From NCBI GenBank assembly GCA_030765455.1, contig JAVCCM010000101.1:28794-92793 (forward strand): a stretch of DNA of 64,000 nucleotides. Reading direction: 5' to 3'. Origin of the DNA: Candidatus Electryonea clarkiae. GTDB lineage: Bacteria > Electryoneota > Electryoneia > Electryoneales > Electryoneaceae. The notes under the pieces were generated by a model. It had not been told where the DNA came from. It made no database searches and saw only the letters and a program-made list of their open reading frames with translations. This document shows, in pieces, positions 30,005-39,313 of this stretch (positions within the stretch are counted from its first letter, which is position 1; the number at the start of each line of letters is the position of its first letter). The position numbers and the translations under genes were made by a program.

Positions 30005-31078
30005 ATGGCTTCAAGAAAAGTCGGAGTACTAACTGGAGATAGTGTCCAGGAAGTGTTTGCGATTGCCAAGGAAAATGATTTTGCATTACCCGCAGTGAAC
30101 GTGGTAGGAACAAATACTATCAACGGCGCTATGGAAACCGCCCGTGAAGCAAACTCACCGATCATAATTCAACTTTCAAGCAGCGGAGCACATTTTTATG
30201 CGGGCAAGGGATTGTCCAATGATGGTCACCAGGCGATGATAGCCGGGGCTGTCTCAGCGGCAAAACATGTTCACCTGCTGGCGGAAATGTACGGGATACC
30301 GGTTATTATGCATACCGATCATGCTGCCCGGAAACTGCTGCCCTGGGTTGACGGAATGATTACAGCGAGCGAAGAGCATTATGAACAATTCGGTTATCCC
30401 CTTTTCAGCTCTCATATGATAGACCTCTCAGCAGAACCGATTGAAGACAACATTAATGAATGCCTGATTCGCCATGAGCGTATGAGCAAAATTGGCATGA
30501 CACTCGAAATCGAACTCGGTGTCACCGGCGGGGAAGAGGACGGCGTGGATAACACAGGTATTGATTCTTCAAAACTCTATACTCAACCTGAAGATGTTTG
30601 TTACGCATACGAGGAACTCGGAAAAATCAGCGACAGGTTCACTATTGCAGCTTCATTCGGAAACGTTCATGGTGTATATAAACCGGGAAATGTCCAACTT
30701 CAACCTGTCATCCTGAAAAACTGCCAGGAGTATATTGAGAAGAAACATGGCACCGGTCATAATCCTGCAAGTTTCGTTTTCCACGGTGGCTCCGGATCTT
30801 CTCAAGAGCAAATTCGTGAAGCAATCAGCTACGGCGCTATCAAGATGAACATAGACACCGACCAGCAATGGGCTTTCTCAATTGGTGCCAGGGATTATTT
30901 CAACGAGTACAGTGAGTACCTTAAAACCCAGATCGGCAACCCGGATGGTGATGACAAGCCGAATAAGAAGTATTATGATCCCAGGAAATGGCTGAGAAAA
31001 GCTGAAGAAACTTTCATAACAAGACTACGAGAAGCATTCGAAGATCTGAACGATATCAACAGAACTCCGCTTCTGTAA
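30005..31078 (+). CDS. fbaA: Class II fructose-bisphosphate aldolase
   Basis: HTDH, SSHMIDLS, GNVHGVYKPG, FVFHGGSG and KMNIDTD. Confidence 0.97.
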   Translation: MASRKVGVLTGDSVQEVFAIAKENDFALPAVNVVGTNTINGAMETAREANSPIIIQLSSSGAHFYAGKGLSNDGHQAMIAGAVSAAKHVHLLAEMYGIPVIMHTDHAARKLLPWVDGMITASEEHYEQFGYPLFSSHMIDLSAEPIEDNINECLIRHERMSKIGMTLEIELGVTGGEEDGVDNTGIDSSKLYTQPEDVCYAYEELGKISDRFTIAASFGNVHGVYKPGNVQLQPVILKNCQEYIEKKHGTGHNPASFVFHGGSGSSQEQIREAISYGAIKMNIDTDQQWAFSIGARDYFNEYSEYLKTQIGNPDGDDKPNKKYYDPRKWLRKAEETFITRLREAFEDLNDINRTPLL

Positions 31079-31166
31079 TTGTTAAAATCTTATATAATAT
31101 GTTTACAGTATTTATAATCCCGGGATACTTCTCGGATAACAACACACCAACGAAGGAGAAACAGGA

Positions 31167-31370
31167 ATGAGGATCACGATACAATTTGAGGTGAGCAAGG
31201 GATCTCATAGTTATGACCTTTCGGAAGATGACTTAAATCAGATATGTTCTGAAGGAAGGGTTTATATTGAACAGCAGGACCCAGAAAAAAGTTTGAGTAT
31301 TGGGGGAACTCCAGATGAACTTGAACTCCTTGCGGAAGCCTTAATGAATTGTGCAAATTCGAATCGTTAA
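31167..31370 (+). CDS. Small acidic hypothetical protein (67 aa)
   Basis: GAAGGAGA RBS; co-directional with fbaA. Confidence 0.65.
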   Translation: MRITIQFEVSKGSHSYDLSEDDLNQICSEGRVYIEQQDPEKSLSIGGTPDELELLAEALMNCANSNR

Positions 31371-31797
31371 TCTGACTGATTGAAATTCAGCAGAAAGAAA
31401 AATACATTGGACCAACTCACATTTAATGCTGTGTTATTACTCGACTTGATCGAGTATTCCTTTGCTCTAACTTGTTGATAATGGTATATGCACGGGTCAT
31501 ACCTGAGAATGGCAAAACAGCTAGAGGCATGTGATCTGATCCACAATTTTTACAGTAATTTCGAGTAGATCGTTGTAAAATACGGATAGCTATGCCCACA
31601 TTTGAATAAATTGCTTATTTTCAAGGAGATTGTCAATAATTACTTGAAAATGCTATATCAGAAGATAGAAATATTATAGTCGAATTTTAAGCTTCATATA
31701 TTCTAAAGACAGTATAACCATTAAAATTCTTATAATAGTTTGTTTGTATTGTAAGATTTTGAACCTGAGTCAAAGATTGTTATTTTGGGATAATTTT

Positions 31798-33093
31798 ATG
31801 TCCATTTCAACAAAACATCAAATTGTTAACGGTGATAGCAGAAACATGTCAGAATTGGCTGACAATTCTGTAAATTTAATTATTACATCTCCTCCATATT
31901 GGCAACTGAAAGATTATGGGAATGATGAACAGATAGGCTATAATGATAGTTATGAAAATTATATAAACAATCTGAATTTAGTTTGGCAGGAAAGTTATCG
32001 AGTTTTAGATAACGGTTGCAGATTATGCATAAACATAGGTGATCAATTTGCACGAGCTGTTTATTATGGCAGATATAAAGTAATACCAATAAGAACAGAA
32101 ATCATAAAGTTCTGTGAAACTATTGGTTTAGATTATATGGGAGCAATAATATGGCAAAAAAGAACCACGACTAACACAACCGGTGGCGCAAGTGTGATGG
32201 GTAGTTTTCCATTTCCACGGAATGGGATTTTGTCAATTGATTATGAATTTATATTACTGTTTAAGAAACTCGGAAACCCCAAAAAACCAGATAAAGAATT
32301 AAAAGAGCAATCGAGACTCACGAAAGAGGAATGGAGGGAATATTTTTCGGGACATTGGTATTTTGGTGGTGTTAAGCAAGATGGTCATATGGCAATGTTT
32401 CCGGAAGAATTACCGCGACGATTAATTAAAATGTTCTCTTTTGTTGGTGATACTATTCTTGATCCATTTTTAGGTAGTGGCACAACATCCTTAGCTGCTA
32501 AAAACCTGGACAGAAATTCTGCTGGATATGAAATAAATTCTGAATTTATACCTTACATCAAGAAGAAATTGAATTTTGAACAACAGGATTTATTGCAGAC
32601 AGAGTATCAGTTTTTCACTCAAGAGAATGAAGATCATAGATTTGATGCAAGAATCAGTAATTTGCCATACATTTTTAAAGATACACATAAATTAGACAAA
32701 AAAATTGATCCTAAAAATCTACAATTTGGATCTAAAATTGACAAGAACTCTAATCAAAGAGAAGAATATTATAGTGTTAAAGATATTATTTCTACCGAGA
32801 ATTTTATGCTCAACAATGGACTTAGAATTCGATTATTAGGCATTAAAAGCAATGAAACACAAGATGGAAATGCAAGGGATTTTTTATTAAAGAAACTGAA
32901 AAATCAAAAAGTGTTTTTGAAATTTGATAAACTCAAACATGATTCCGAGAATAATCTATTCTGTTATTTATACCTGAAAAATAAGACTTTTATAAATGCT
33001 CACTTGATAAAAAATGGTTATGCAAAAGCAGACAGGGATATTGAATTCAAGTATAAAAATAAATTTATTGGATTGGAACAACATCATGGATAA
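31798..33093 (+). CDS. Site-specific DNA methyltransferase (beta class, probably N4-C) fused to a C-terminal SNase-like domain
   Basis: Motif IV TSPPY precedes motif I DPFLGSGTT; HMAMFP; C-terminus NGLRIRLLGIK...YLYLKNKTFINAHLIKNG is thermonuclease-like. Confidence 0.9.
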   Translation: MSISTKHQIVNGDSRNMSELADNSVNLIITSPPYWQLKDYGNDEQIGYNDSYENYINNLNLVWQESYRVLDNGCRLCINIGDQFARAVYYGRYKVIPIRTEIIKFCETIGLDYMGAIIWQKRTTTNTTGGASVMGSFPFPRNGILSIDYEFILLFKKLGNPKKPDKELKEQSRLTKEEWREYFSGHWYFGGVKQDGHMAMFPEELPRRLIKMFSFVGDTILDPFLGSGTTSLAAKNLDRNSAGYEINSEFIPYIKKKLNFEQQDLLQTEYQFFTQENEDHRFDARISNLPYIFKDTHKLDKKIDPKNLQFGSKIDKNSNQREEYYSVKDIISTENFMLNNGLRIRLLGIKSNETQDGNARDFLLKKLKNQKVFLKFDKLKHDSENNLFCYLYLKNKTFINAHLIKNGYAKADRDIEFKYKNKFIGLEQHHG

Positions 33094-33790
33094 GGAATGG
33101 ATCAAGGGAAACGAAGGTCGCAATCTCAAATTTAAGAGAGAAACCCTGTTAAATTATGGAATGAACAGATGGGGTTTGAATAAAGCTCACAGCGTAGGTT
33201 CTACATCTGAATTAATAAGAGCATGCACTCCTAGTTCTTTTGAAGATTGGGAAGGATTCTATTTTAAAAATGCCAGGCAAAAGAAAAAAGATGGCATTAA
33301 TATAACAAAGGAATACATAACAGGTTTAGGACAAACTCTATATATAAAATTGTCAGAAGTTATTCAGAATGAATTAGAATCAATACAAGAGGAAGAATGT
33401 ATTGACTATGCATACAACCTAATTCTAAACCGGACTTATGAAGGTTATAGAGCTGAAATTGATACTATCTACGGCCAATTAGAAGGCATTCTGAAAATAA
33501 AAATTGATCCAGCACCTGATAAATGGGATAGAACTTATAATGTTGATTTTTGCATTGAAGTAAAAGATCGGTTTATTGGAATACAAATTAAACCGATATC
33601 GACAGGAATTCCTTTAGACCATTATCAATGGGAAGAAATGCATCGTAAAAATCATGAAAGATTCTTTCATGATCAAGGTGGAAAAGTATTTTTCGTATTC
33701 TCTGTCAAATCAACTGGTAAAAAGAAAATAATTCATAATGTTGAAGTAATTGATGAGATTCAAAAAGAAATAGATAGATTGAGTAAATAA
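33086..33790 (+). CDS. MjaI-family type II restriction endonuclease
   Basis: MDKEWI start overlaps the MTase stop; VGSTSELIR..P...W..FYF, NRTYEGY and PD-(D/E)xK-like WDRTYNVDF...IGIQIKP. Confidence 0.8.
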   Translation: MDKEWIKGNEGRNLKFKRETLLNYGMNRWGLNKAHSVGSTSELIRACTPSSFEDWEGFYFKNARQKKKDGINITKEYITGLGQTLYIKLSEVIQNELESIQEEECIDYAYNLILNRTYEGYRAEIDTIYGQLEGILKIKIDPAPDKWDRTYNVDFCIEVKDRFIGIQIKPISTGIPLDHYQWEEMHRKNHERFFHDQGGKVFFVFSVKSTGKKKIIHNVEVIDEIQKEIDRLSK

Positions 33791-33794
33791 TTTG

Positions 33795-34058
33795 ATGAGT
33801 TCAGAAGCGCCTGGAATGAATATTTCAGAAGTTGAGGTAACAAATATTTCTGCTCATGGCATATGGGTGCTTGTGAGTGGTAAAGAATATTTCATGTCCT
33901 ACAAAGATTTTCCCTGGTTTGAAGAAGCGCCGGTGGGGAAAATAATTAATGTTGTTGAATTGTCTTCGGGTCATCTCTATTGGCGAGAGCTTGATATCGA
34001 TCTGAGTCTTGAGTCGATTAAACATCCGGAACGTTTTCCATTAATAACAAAGCTATAG
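33795..34058 (+). CDS. DUF2442-family protein
   Basis: EVTNISAHGIW, YKDFPWF, HLYWRELDIDL and HPERFPL. Confidence 0.8.
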   Translation: MSSEAPGMNISEVEVTNISAHGIWVLVSGKEYFMSYKDFPWFEEAPVGKIINVVELSSGHLYWRELDIDLSLESIKHPERFPLITKL

Positions 34059-34156
34059 AATAAGAATACGATAAGTACAGTTTGTACATTATTCAGAATG
34101 TGCAGGATTTATCGAAATCCTTATTTTACAACAGTCTCAGTTTAATACATAGATTC

Positions 34157-36634
34157 TTAATATCTCGCTGTAAGTGTTACAAAATAATTCCGCTCCGCTC
34201 CGACGAAATAGAAATTCTCCCCTTCCCAGGAATCGTACCAGCCTGCTGTTTCGTATTCTTCATCGAGCAGGTTGTTTGCCCTGAATTTGATTTCCCATCC
34301 ACTCAAAGGAATATTTTCAGGAACTTTATATGACATACTCAAACCAAGAAGCGAGAAAGGATCAATTGTACGATCTTCATCCTCAGTATTATCGAGGTAT
34401 TGTTTGCCGACGTAACGCAAATTGATTCCAGGGACAAAACCCATCCAATAATAACTTACCCCGCCATGGAGCATGATACTTGGGAATAATGCGATATGAT
34501 TATCGGACAGATCGATTGTTTCAGTACCTATTGGATTCCAGTCATCATCATATAGTTGGTTATAGGTTAAATACTCAGTCAACCTGTCGTCTGAAATGGA
34601 AGCATTCAACCAAGCCTTGGTTTCACGTATAGGCTTCACAACCGCTTCGAATTCCAAGCCGCGATGAACCGATCTGTCAGCATTATCTTTAACCGGGGCA
34701 CCATCATTTACACCACCGTATGGAATAATCGCATTCTTATATTCCATCCAGTATGCGCCAAGCTTGAATTTGTACCAGTCAGCTTTGAACGATGTACCCA
34801 GCTCGAAATCAATTAATTGTTCAGGTTCTACAATCGGGCCAGACCATTCAATTCTTTCAACCTGACCCCCAGATCTGATCGTGTCCGGTGTATTAAATAG
34901 TGGATCTTTTCCCAGATCATCCGGACCTTGCCAAACATCCCAGTATTCATCGTTATACGGCGCACGATGCGTTAATCCAACACCTCCGAAAAGATTCAAT
35001 TCATTTGTCATATCGTAAGATAATCCGAATTTTGGATTTAGAAATGTGTAATTGATATTAAAAGCATTCAATTCCTCGTTCTGGAAATTTGCCATTGGAG
35101 TTTGCTTAAAAGAATATGTTTTGTGCCTGAACTCAAGGTCACCTATCAACCTCGTTTTGTCATTGAGACGATATAGATCATGAACGAACAATCCTGCCTG
35201 ACTAACCTGTCCGTTATAAGCATAATACTGATGCTGAGGCTCAGCTCCAGGTGGTAGTTGATCACCCCAGATCACATACCCGAAATGATCTCCCTGGTAC
35301 CACTGTAGATCACCGCCGACTTGAAGAGTATTCTTCTCCTGTTCCCAGATCAGTCTCGGAACCCAGCCCACATGATTTTTCTTCACCCATTTCTGGTTGA
35401 CCAAGTCTGTTTCTGTGATAGTGTCGGTAGGTGTATAAAACTCCTGGTAACCAAAATCCTCCAGGTCTTCACCTGATTTATACTGTTCGTAATATCCCTC
35501 GCCCCTGATATAAAACAGGCTGTTTTCGATCTGGATATTCGGATTCAGGGTGTAGCTGTGATGGAGTTCGTAATGAGGTTGATAGAAATTGTCAATTGTG
35601 TTTTCATAAGTATAAGGATTGTGTTTTCTGTTTTTGTTTATATCACTTTCTGCTGAAGCGTTCCAGGCAGCATGCGTTAATTCTGGTCCACCATAAACAT
35701 TTATCGTAAGTTTACTTCTCTGCCAGTATCTCGTTGCAGTCAGGAAATAACTCCATAACTCCACACCGCTCCTGTCACGATATCCGTCTGTCTGGATTCG
35801 GGAAAATCTGCCGTACATCCCATAGGTGTTGTTAATTAATCCTGAATTATATGCAAGTCCCCATTTCCTGGTATTAAAACTTCCTCCTCCAAAAGTTGCT
35901 TCAAGCTGAGGTTCCGCCAATTGCGGCGACAATGTAAGAAGGTTGATTGTCCCACCAAATCCTCCGGTGCCATACGGTGAGTAACCTACTCCACGCTGCA
36001 CCTGGGCATCCTCCAAATTAGCAGCGAGGTCTGGCATATCGACCCAGTAAACCTGTCCATCTTCGGGATCGTTGAGCGGAATATTATTTATTGTAACAGC
36101 AATACGGGTCTGATCGAATCCCCTGATCTTTACATTGGAATAGCCAATCCCATTACCGGCATCCGAATATGAATAAACCCCGGGAATAGATTCGAGCAAC
36201 ATCGGGATATCCTGTGCCCAATATGTTTCTCTCATTTGAATGCCAGACATATTTGAAAATGATGCAGGAGCTATTCCTTCAACTGCACGGCTTGCTGTAA
36301 TCACAACATCATCGGTGGAAATCAGGGCATGGGATAGCGAAAGTACAAAATCGGATATGTCACTCACCAGATTAACATTAATTTTATTAACATGATATCC
36401 AAGAAAACTCGCTGAAATTTTATAATTACCGGGATTGATACCATGGAAACTGAAAATACCGTTCTGATCTGTCACAGTACCTGTTCCGGTTCCTTCAATG
36501 ATAACATGAGCGCCTCTCAATGGTTTACCGGATGTTTTATCCCTGACCTCACCGGCGATGTCAAAAGCATAGGAAGAAATGACAAAGAATAAACACAAGA
36601 AGAGATAAAACAACAAAATTACGGTACGTTTCAT
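34157..36634 (-). CDS. TonB-dependent receptor, putative thiamine uptake
   Basis: Signal peptide from MKRTVIL (36634), CarboxypepD_reg-like N-domain, plug (SDAGNGIGYS..IRG, LNDPED, VQRGVG), C-terminal barrel strand; downstream of a TPP riboswitch. Confidence 0.9.
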   Translation of the reverse strand: MKRTVILLFYLFLCLFFVISSYAFDIAGEVRDKTSGKPLRGAHVIIEGTGTGTVTDQNGIFSFHGINPGNYKISASFLGYHVNKINVNLVSDISDFVLSLSHALISTDDVVITASRAVEGIAPASFSNMSGIQMRETYWAQDIPMLLESIPGVYSYSDAGNGIGYSNVKIRGFDQTRIAVTINNIPLNDPEDGQVYWVDMPDLAANLEDAQVQRGVGYSPYGTGGFGGTINLLTLSPQLAEPQLEATFGGGSFNTRKWGLAYNSGLINNTYGMYGRFSRIQTDGYRDRSGVELWSYFLTATRYWQRSKLTINVYGGPELTHAAWNASAESDINKNRKHNPYTYENTIDNFYQPHYELHHSYTLNPNIQIENSLFYIRGEGYYEQYKSGEDLEDFGYQEFYTPTDTITETDLVNQKWVKKNHVGWVPRLIWEQEKNTLQVGGDLQWYQGDHFGYVIWGDQLPPGAEPQHQYYAYNGQVSQAGLFVHDLYRLNDKTRLIGDLEFRHKTYSFKQTPMANFQNEELNAFNINYTFLNPKFGLSYDMTNELNLFGGVGLTHRAPYNDEYWDVWQGPDDLGKDPLFNTPDTIRSGGQVERIEWSGPIVEPEQLIDFELGTSFKADWYKFKLGAYWMEYKNAIIPYGGVNDGAPVKDNADRSVHRGLEFEAVVKPIRETKAWLNASISDDRLTEYLTYNQLYDDDWNPIGTETIDLSDNHIALFPSIMLHGGVSYYWMGFVPGINLRYVGKQYLDNTEDEDRTIDPFSLLGLSMSYKVPENIPLSGWEIKFRANNLLDEEYETAGWYDSWEGENFYFVGAERNYFVTLTARY

Positions 36635-36743
36635 GTTACCCTCGAAAACCATGACCAATTTGAAAGTCGGGGGGTGAATAAACGGAAATACCCGCCGGGG
36701 AGAGCGGGCAGAAAGGAGATAATCATGCAAAAGGAATAAATCG

Positions 36744-36830
36744 CCCTGTTTCCTACGCCAGCATTAACCGGATCAGGTTCCACGGGTGTATTCTCAGACT
36801 CGTCGTCGAGACGAACCACCCCGAAGCAGC
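36744..36830 (-). ncRNA. TPP riboswitch (THI element)
   Basis: The minus strand reads GGGGTG...CTGAGA-ATACACCCGT-GGAACCTGATCCGGTTAATGCTGGCGTAGGAA, the conserved TPP aptamer core. Confidence 0.92.
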
Positions 36831-37005
36831 AATTTCAAGATAGATAAATTATACAAGAGGGTCAAGCAGGCGCAGAAATAATTGAGATGCATGATTATTT
36901 TGCATTAATGACAAGTAGGTAGATTGGTTAACGTTGTTCAAAAGTTACCTGGGATTGAATTTATGATGGCAAAAAATCTCTCAAGGATTGACATTATGTT
37001 GTTTA

Positions 37006-37204
37006 AAAGCTCCAGCGGAGCGAAATCATGTAGCACGGTGCGTAAGCGCCGGGAGGTGAAGTAATAATTATTGCAGCCCTGCAGGGGCGAAAGCAAACAG
37101 CATTCACTATCAATCTCTTTCGCCCTTGCAGGGCTTGGGATATATTGGATCAATTCACTCCCCCGGCTTACGCCGAGGGCTACATGCTTTCAACCCTTTG
37201 GGTT
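37006..37204. repeat. Nested palindromic REP/MITE-like element
   Basis: Outer arms GAAATCATGTAGC..CGG.GCGTAAGC / GCTTACGCCG...GCTACATGCTTTC; inner arms AGCCCTGCAGGGGCGAAAG / CTTTCGCCCTTGCAGGGCT. Confidence 0.75.
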
Positions 37205-37423
37205 TACATGTTTTCGACCCTTCTGGGCTACCATACATTCGAACCTTTGGGATTACATGTTTTCGACCCTTCTGGGCTACCATACATTCGAACCTTTGGG
37301 TTTACATGTTTTCGATCCTTCTGGACTATCATACATTCGAACCATTGGGTCTACATGTTTTCAACCTTTATGGCTACTATACATTCGACCCTTTGGATTT
37401 ACATGCTTTTGATCCTTTGGGTC
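37181..37423. repeat. Tandem array of 10 units of 23-25 bp, alternating two variants (49-bp higher-order period)
   Basis: Variant A is TACATGTTTTCGACCCTTCTGGGC and variant B is TACCATACATTCGAACCTTTGGG(A/T)T; no spacers. Confidence 0.9.
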
Positions 37424-37434
37424 TATTATATGAC

Positions 37435-38712
37435 TCAAACACTAATGCCATGCCTACGGCTGCGCACCCCCCCGGCGAAACCTAGTATGTCTTCTCCATA
37501 AGTATCCCTTAATGAATCAAGTGCCTTGTACATTTTCAATCTTTTACAGACGGTTTCAGCATAAAAAAGATCCTCCTGAACGCCATTACCTTCTCCCGGA
37601 CGAAAAAGACGGGATACACTTATTCCGATCAGACGAACCGGCATTTCTCCCTCTTTCCATAGATCGCTAAGTAAAACACTTGCAACTTTGTAGATCTCCT
37701 GGGCATCATCAGTTTGATGAACCAGCGCTCGCTGATGTGAGTATGTTTTAAAGTTTGAGGTACGCAGTTTCAGGGTTACGACCTTTCCAAGATAGTTTTC
37801 TCTTCGCATTCTCCTTGTAGCTTTATCACAAAGGTGAAGCAGTTTTCCATGTAGAATATCACAACGCTCAACATTGGTCATAAATGTATGCTCATGACCC
37901 ATAGATTTATCATCAGGTCTTTCCTCGAGGCCTGTAATCTTGTCCCCACCTTTGCCTTGCGCCATTTTGATCAGAGCTTCACCGTTCACTCCAATCTTTG
38001 CTTTCATTAATTTAACAGGATAGTCCGCCAGTTGAGCCACGGTGCGTATTCCCATCCCGGCAAGTGTCTTCCTTGTTGACTCCCCTACGCCGGGTATCTT
38101 TTCGACCGGCAGTGGACCCAACACATTCCTTACATCATGGGCTTCAATGACAGCCAGCCCGTCAGGTTTATTAAGGTCTGATGCCATTTTTGCTACTATC
38201 CGCGAAGGACCGATACCCACCGAAGCTGTCAGGTTGAGTGTGTTCTTGATTGCATTCTTTACAGCTCTGCCATATTCCTCCGCTCCACCCCAGAGCTGTG
38301 CGCATCCGGTCGCATCAAGAAAGGCTTCGTCAATGCTGTACGGTTCCACCTGTGGGCTGTATCGTCTCATCAGCGCCATCAACCGTAATGATACCCAGGT
38401 GTATTTGCCGCTAAATGTTTTCAGGTAAATCCCATCCGGGCAGAGCCTGCCTGCCAGCGACAGGGACATCCCAGAGTGCACGCCGTACTTCCGTGCAGGA
38501 TAATTACATGTTGTAACTACCCCTCTGCTACCTTTGGGACCGCCGATAATGACAGGTTTTCCCTTTATCGAAGGGTTGTCCTTTTCCTCGATTGCGGCAA
38601 AGAATGCATCCATATCCACATGAAGAATCAGGCTGGATTCTTTCAGTTTCCCGGTTTTTTTGCGTCTTCCCGCTTCTGCGCGCATTTTCTGACTGACAAT
38701 TGGGTTTATCAT
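37435..38712 (-). CDS. dinB: Y-family DNA polymerase (Pol IV/DinB-like) with clamp-binding and RecA-NT-like C-terminal motifs
   Basis: HVDMDAFFA, YPARKYGV, SIDEAF, KMASDLNKPDG, VRLIGI, QEDLF and KALDSLRDTYG. Confidence 0.92.
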   Translation of the reverse strand: MINPIVSQKMRAEAGRRKKTGKLKESSLILHVDMDAFFAAIEEKDNPSIKGKPVIIGGPKGSRGVVTTCNYPARKYGVHSGMSLSLAGRLCPDGIYLKTFSGKYTWVSLRLMALMRRYSPQVEPYSIDEAFLDATGCAQLWGGAEEYGRAVKNAIKNTLNLTASVGIGPSRIVAKMASDLNKPDGLAVIEAHDVRNVLGPLPVEKIPGVGESTRKTLAGMGIRTVAQLADYPVKLMKAKIGVNGEALIKMAQGKGGDKITGLEERPDDKSMGHEHTFMTNVERCDILHGKLLHLCDKATRRMRRENYLGKVVTLKLRTSNFKTYSHQRALVHQTDDAQEIYKVASVLLSDLWKEGEMPVRLIGISVSRLFRPGEGNGVQEDLFYAETVCKRLKMYKALDSLRDTYGEDILGFAGGVRSRRHGISV

Positions 38713-38754
38713 GATAATTAAGAATTATGAATTAGGAATTTAAAAACAACCACC

Positions 38755-38869
38755 GACGTCATTGCGAACGAAGTGAAGCAATCCCAAATGATTAACATAC
38801 AATACTCTCAAGAATAAAAAAGATTGCTTCACTCGTTCGCAATGACGTCCTGGCTTCTTTCGCAATGAC
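38755..38869. repeat. GTCATTGCGA-type palindromic repeat
   Basis: GACGTCATTGCGAACGAAGTGAAGCAATC...GATTGCTTCACTCGTTCGCAATGACGTC plus an extra partial arm TCGCAATGAC. Confidence 0.8.
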
Positions 38870-38937
38870 AACCTGCCTATACTATTATGTAACAGCTATT
38901 CATCTTTTACACTTTATGCTTGTACGCTTTCTCACGG

Positions 38938-39192
38938 TTATCCAACAAGGCATACCCTCGCCAGCATCCATACCTTGTTGATGGTATTGAAGGTTACCTC
39001 ATACACATCCGGGCCGGTGGTCATGACTGAAAAATGGTGAAACCTTGTTTGCCCCTGATCGGACACCCATTCACCATTCACTCTTTCCACTCGATAGACC
39101 CTGTCTTTCCAACGGAATTTCAGAGGCTGAATGCGTCCGTCGCGAAACAATGCGATGACTTCAACTTTGTCGCCAATGTCTTCATATCTCAT
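38938..39192 (-). CDS. Small ImuB-C/DUF6504-like protein (84 aa)
   Basis: MRYEDIGDKVEV...PLKFRWKDRVYRVERVNGEW...FSV...YEVTF....W pattern; first gene of the dinB cassette. Confidence 0.7.
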   Translation of the reverse strand: MRYEDIGDKVEVIALFRDGRIQPLKFRWKDRVYRVERVNGEWVSDQGQTRFHHFSVMTTGPDVYEVTFNTINKVWMLARVCLVG

Positions 39193-39266
39193 GATAATGC
39201 CTGAGAAGCTATGGTTTCCCCGATTATGTGAATACCCCGATATACATGTGTAACACCGAAACAATA

Positions 39267-39313
39267 TGAACAGATGTGCAGTATATAATACTCACTTCTC
39301 AAGCGGCTGTCAA
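39267..39313 (-). promoter_or_regulatory. Sigma70 promoter (TTGACA-17-TATTAT) with a candidate SOS box just downstream
   Basis: -35 at 39313-39308 and -10 at 39290-39285; TGAAC-AGAT-GTGCA at 39267-39280 is one mismatch from GAAC-N4-GTTC. Confidence 0.65.

Noticed and set aside
31428..31513. Degenerate palindrome (ACTCGACTTGATCGAGT...) before the R-M islet as an operator or att site
   Set aside because: It looks like a decayed REP-like repeat; I found no matching direct repeat at the other end of the islet and no controller-protein gene.
37181..37423. CRISPR array interpretation of the tandem repeat
   Set aside because: The would-be spacers are near-identical to each other and homologous to the repeats, and there are no cas genes in the window.
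37071..37501. Three overlapping + strand ORFs (113-119 aa) and the - strand ORF 36938-37153
   Set aside because: They are translations of the palindromic element and tandem array; the same peptide blocks cycle through all three frames and there is no RBS.
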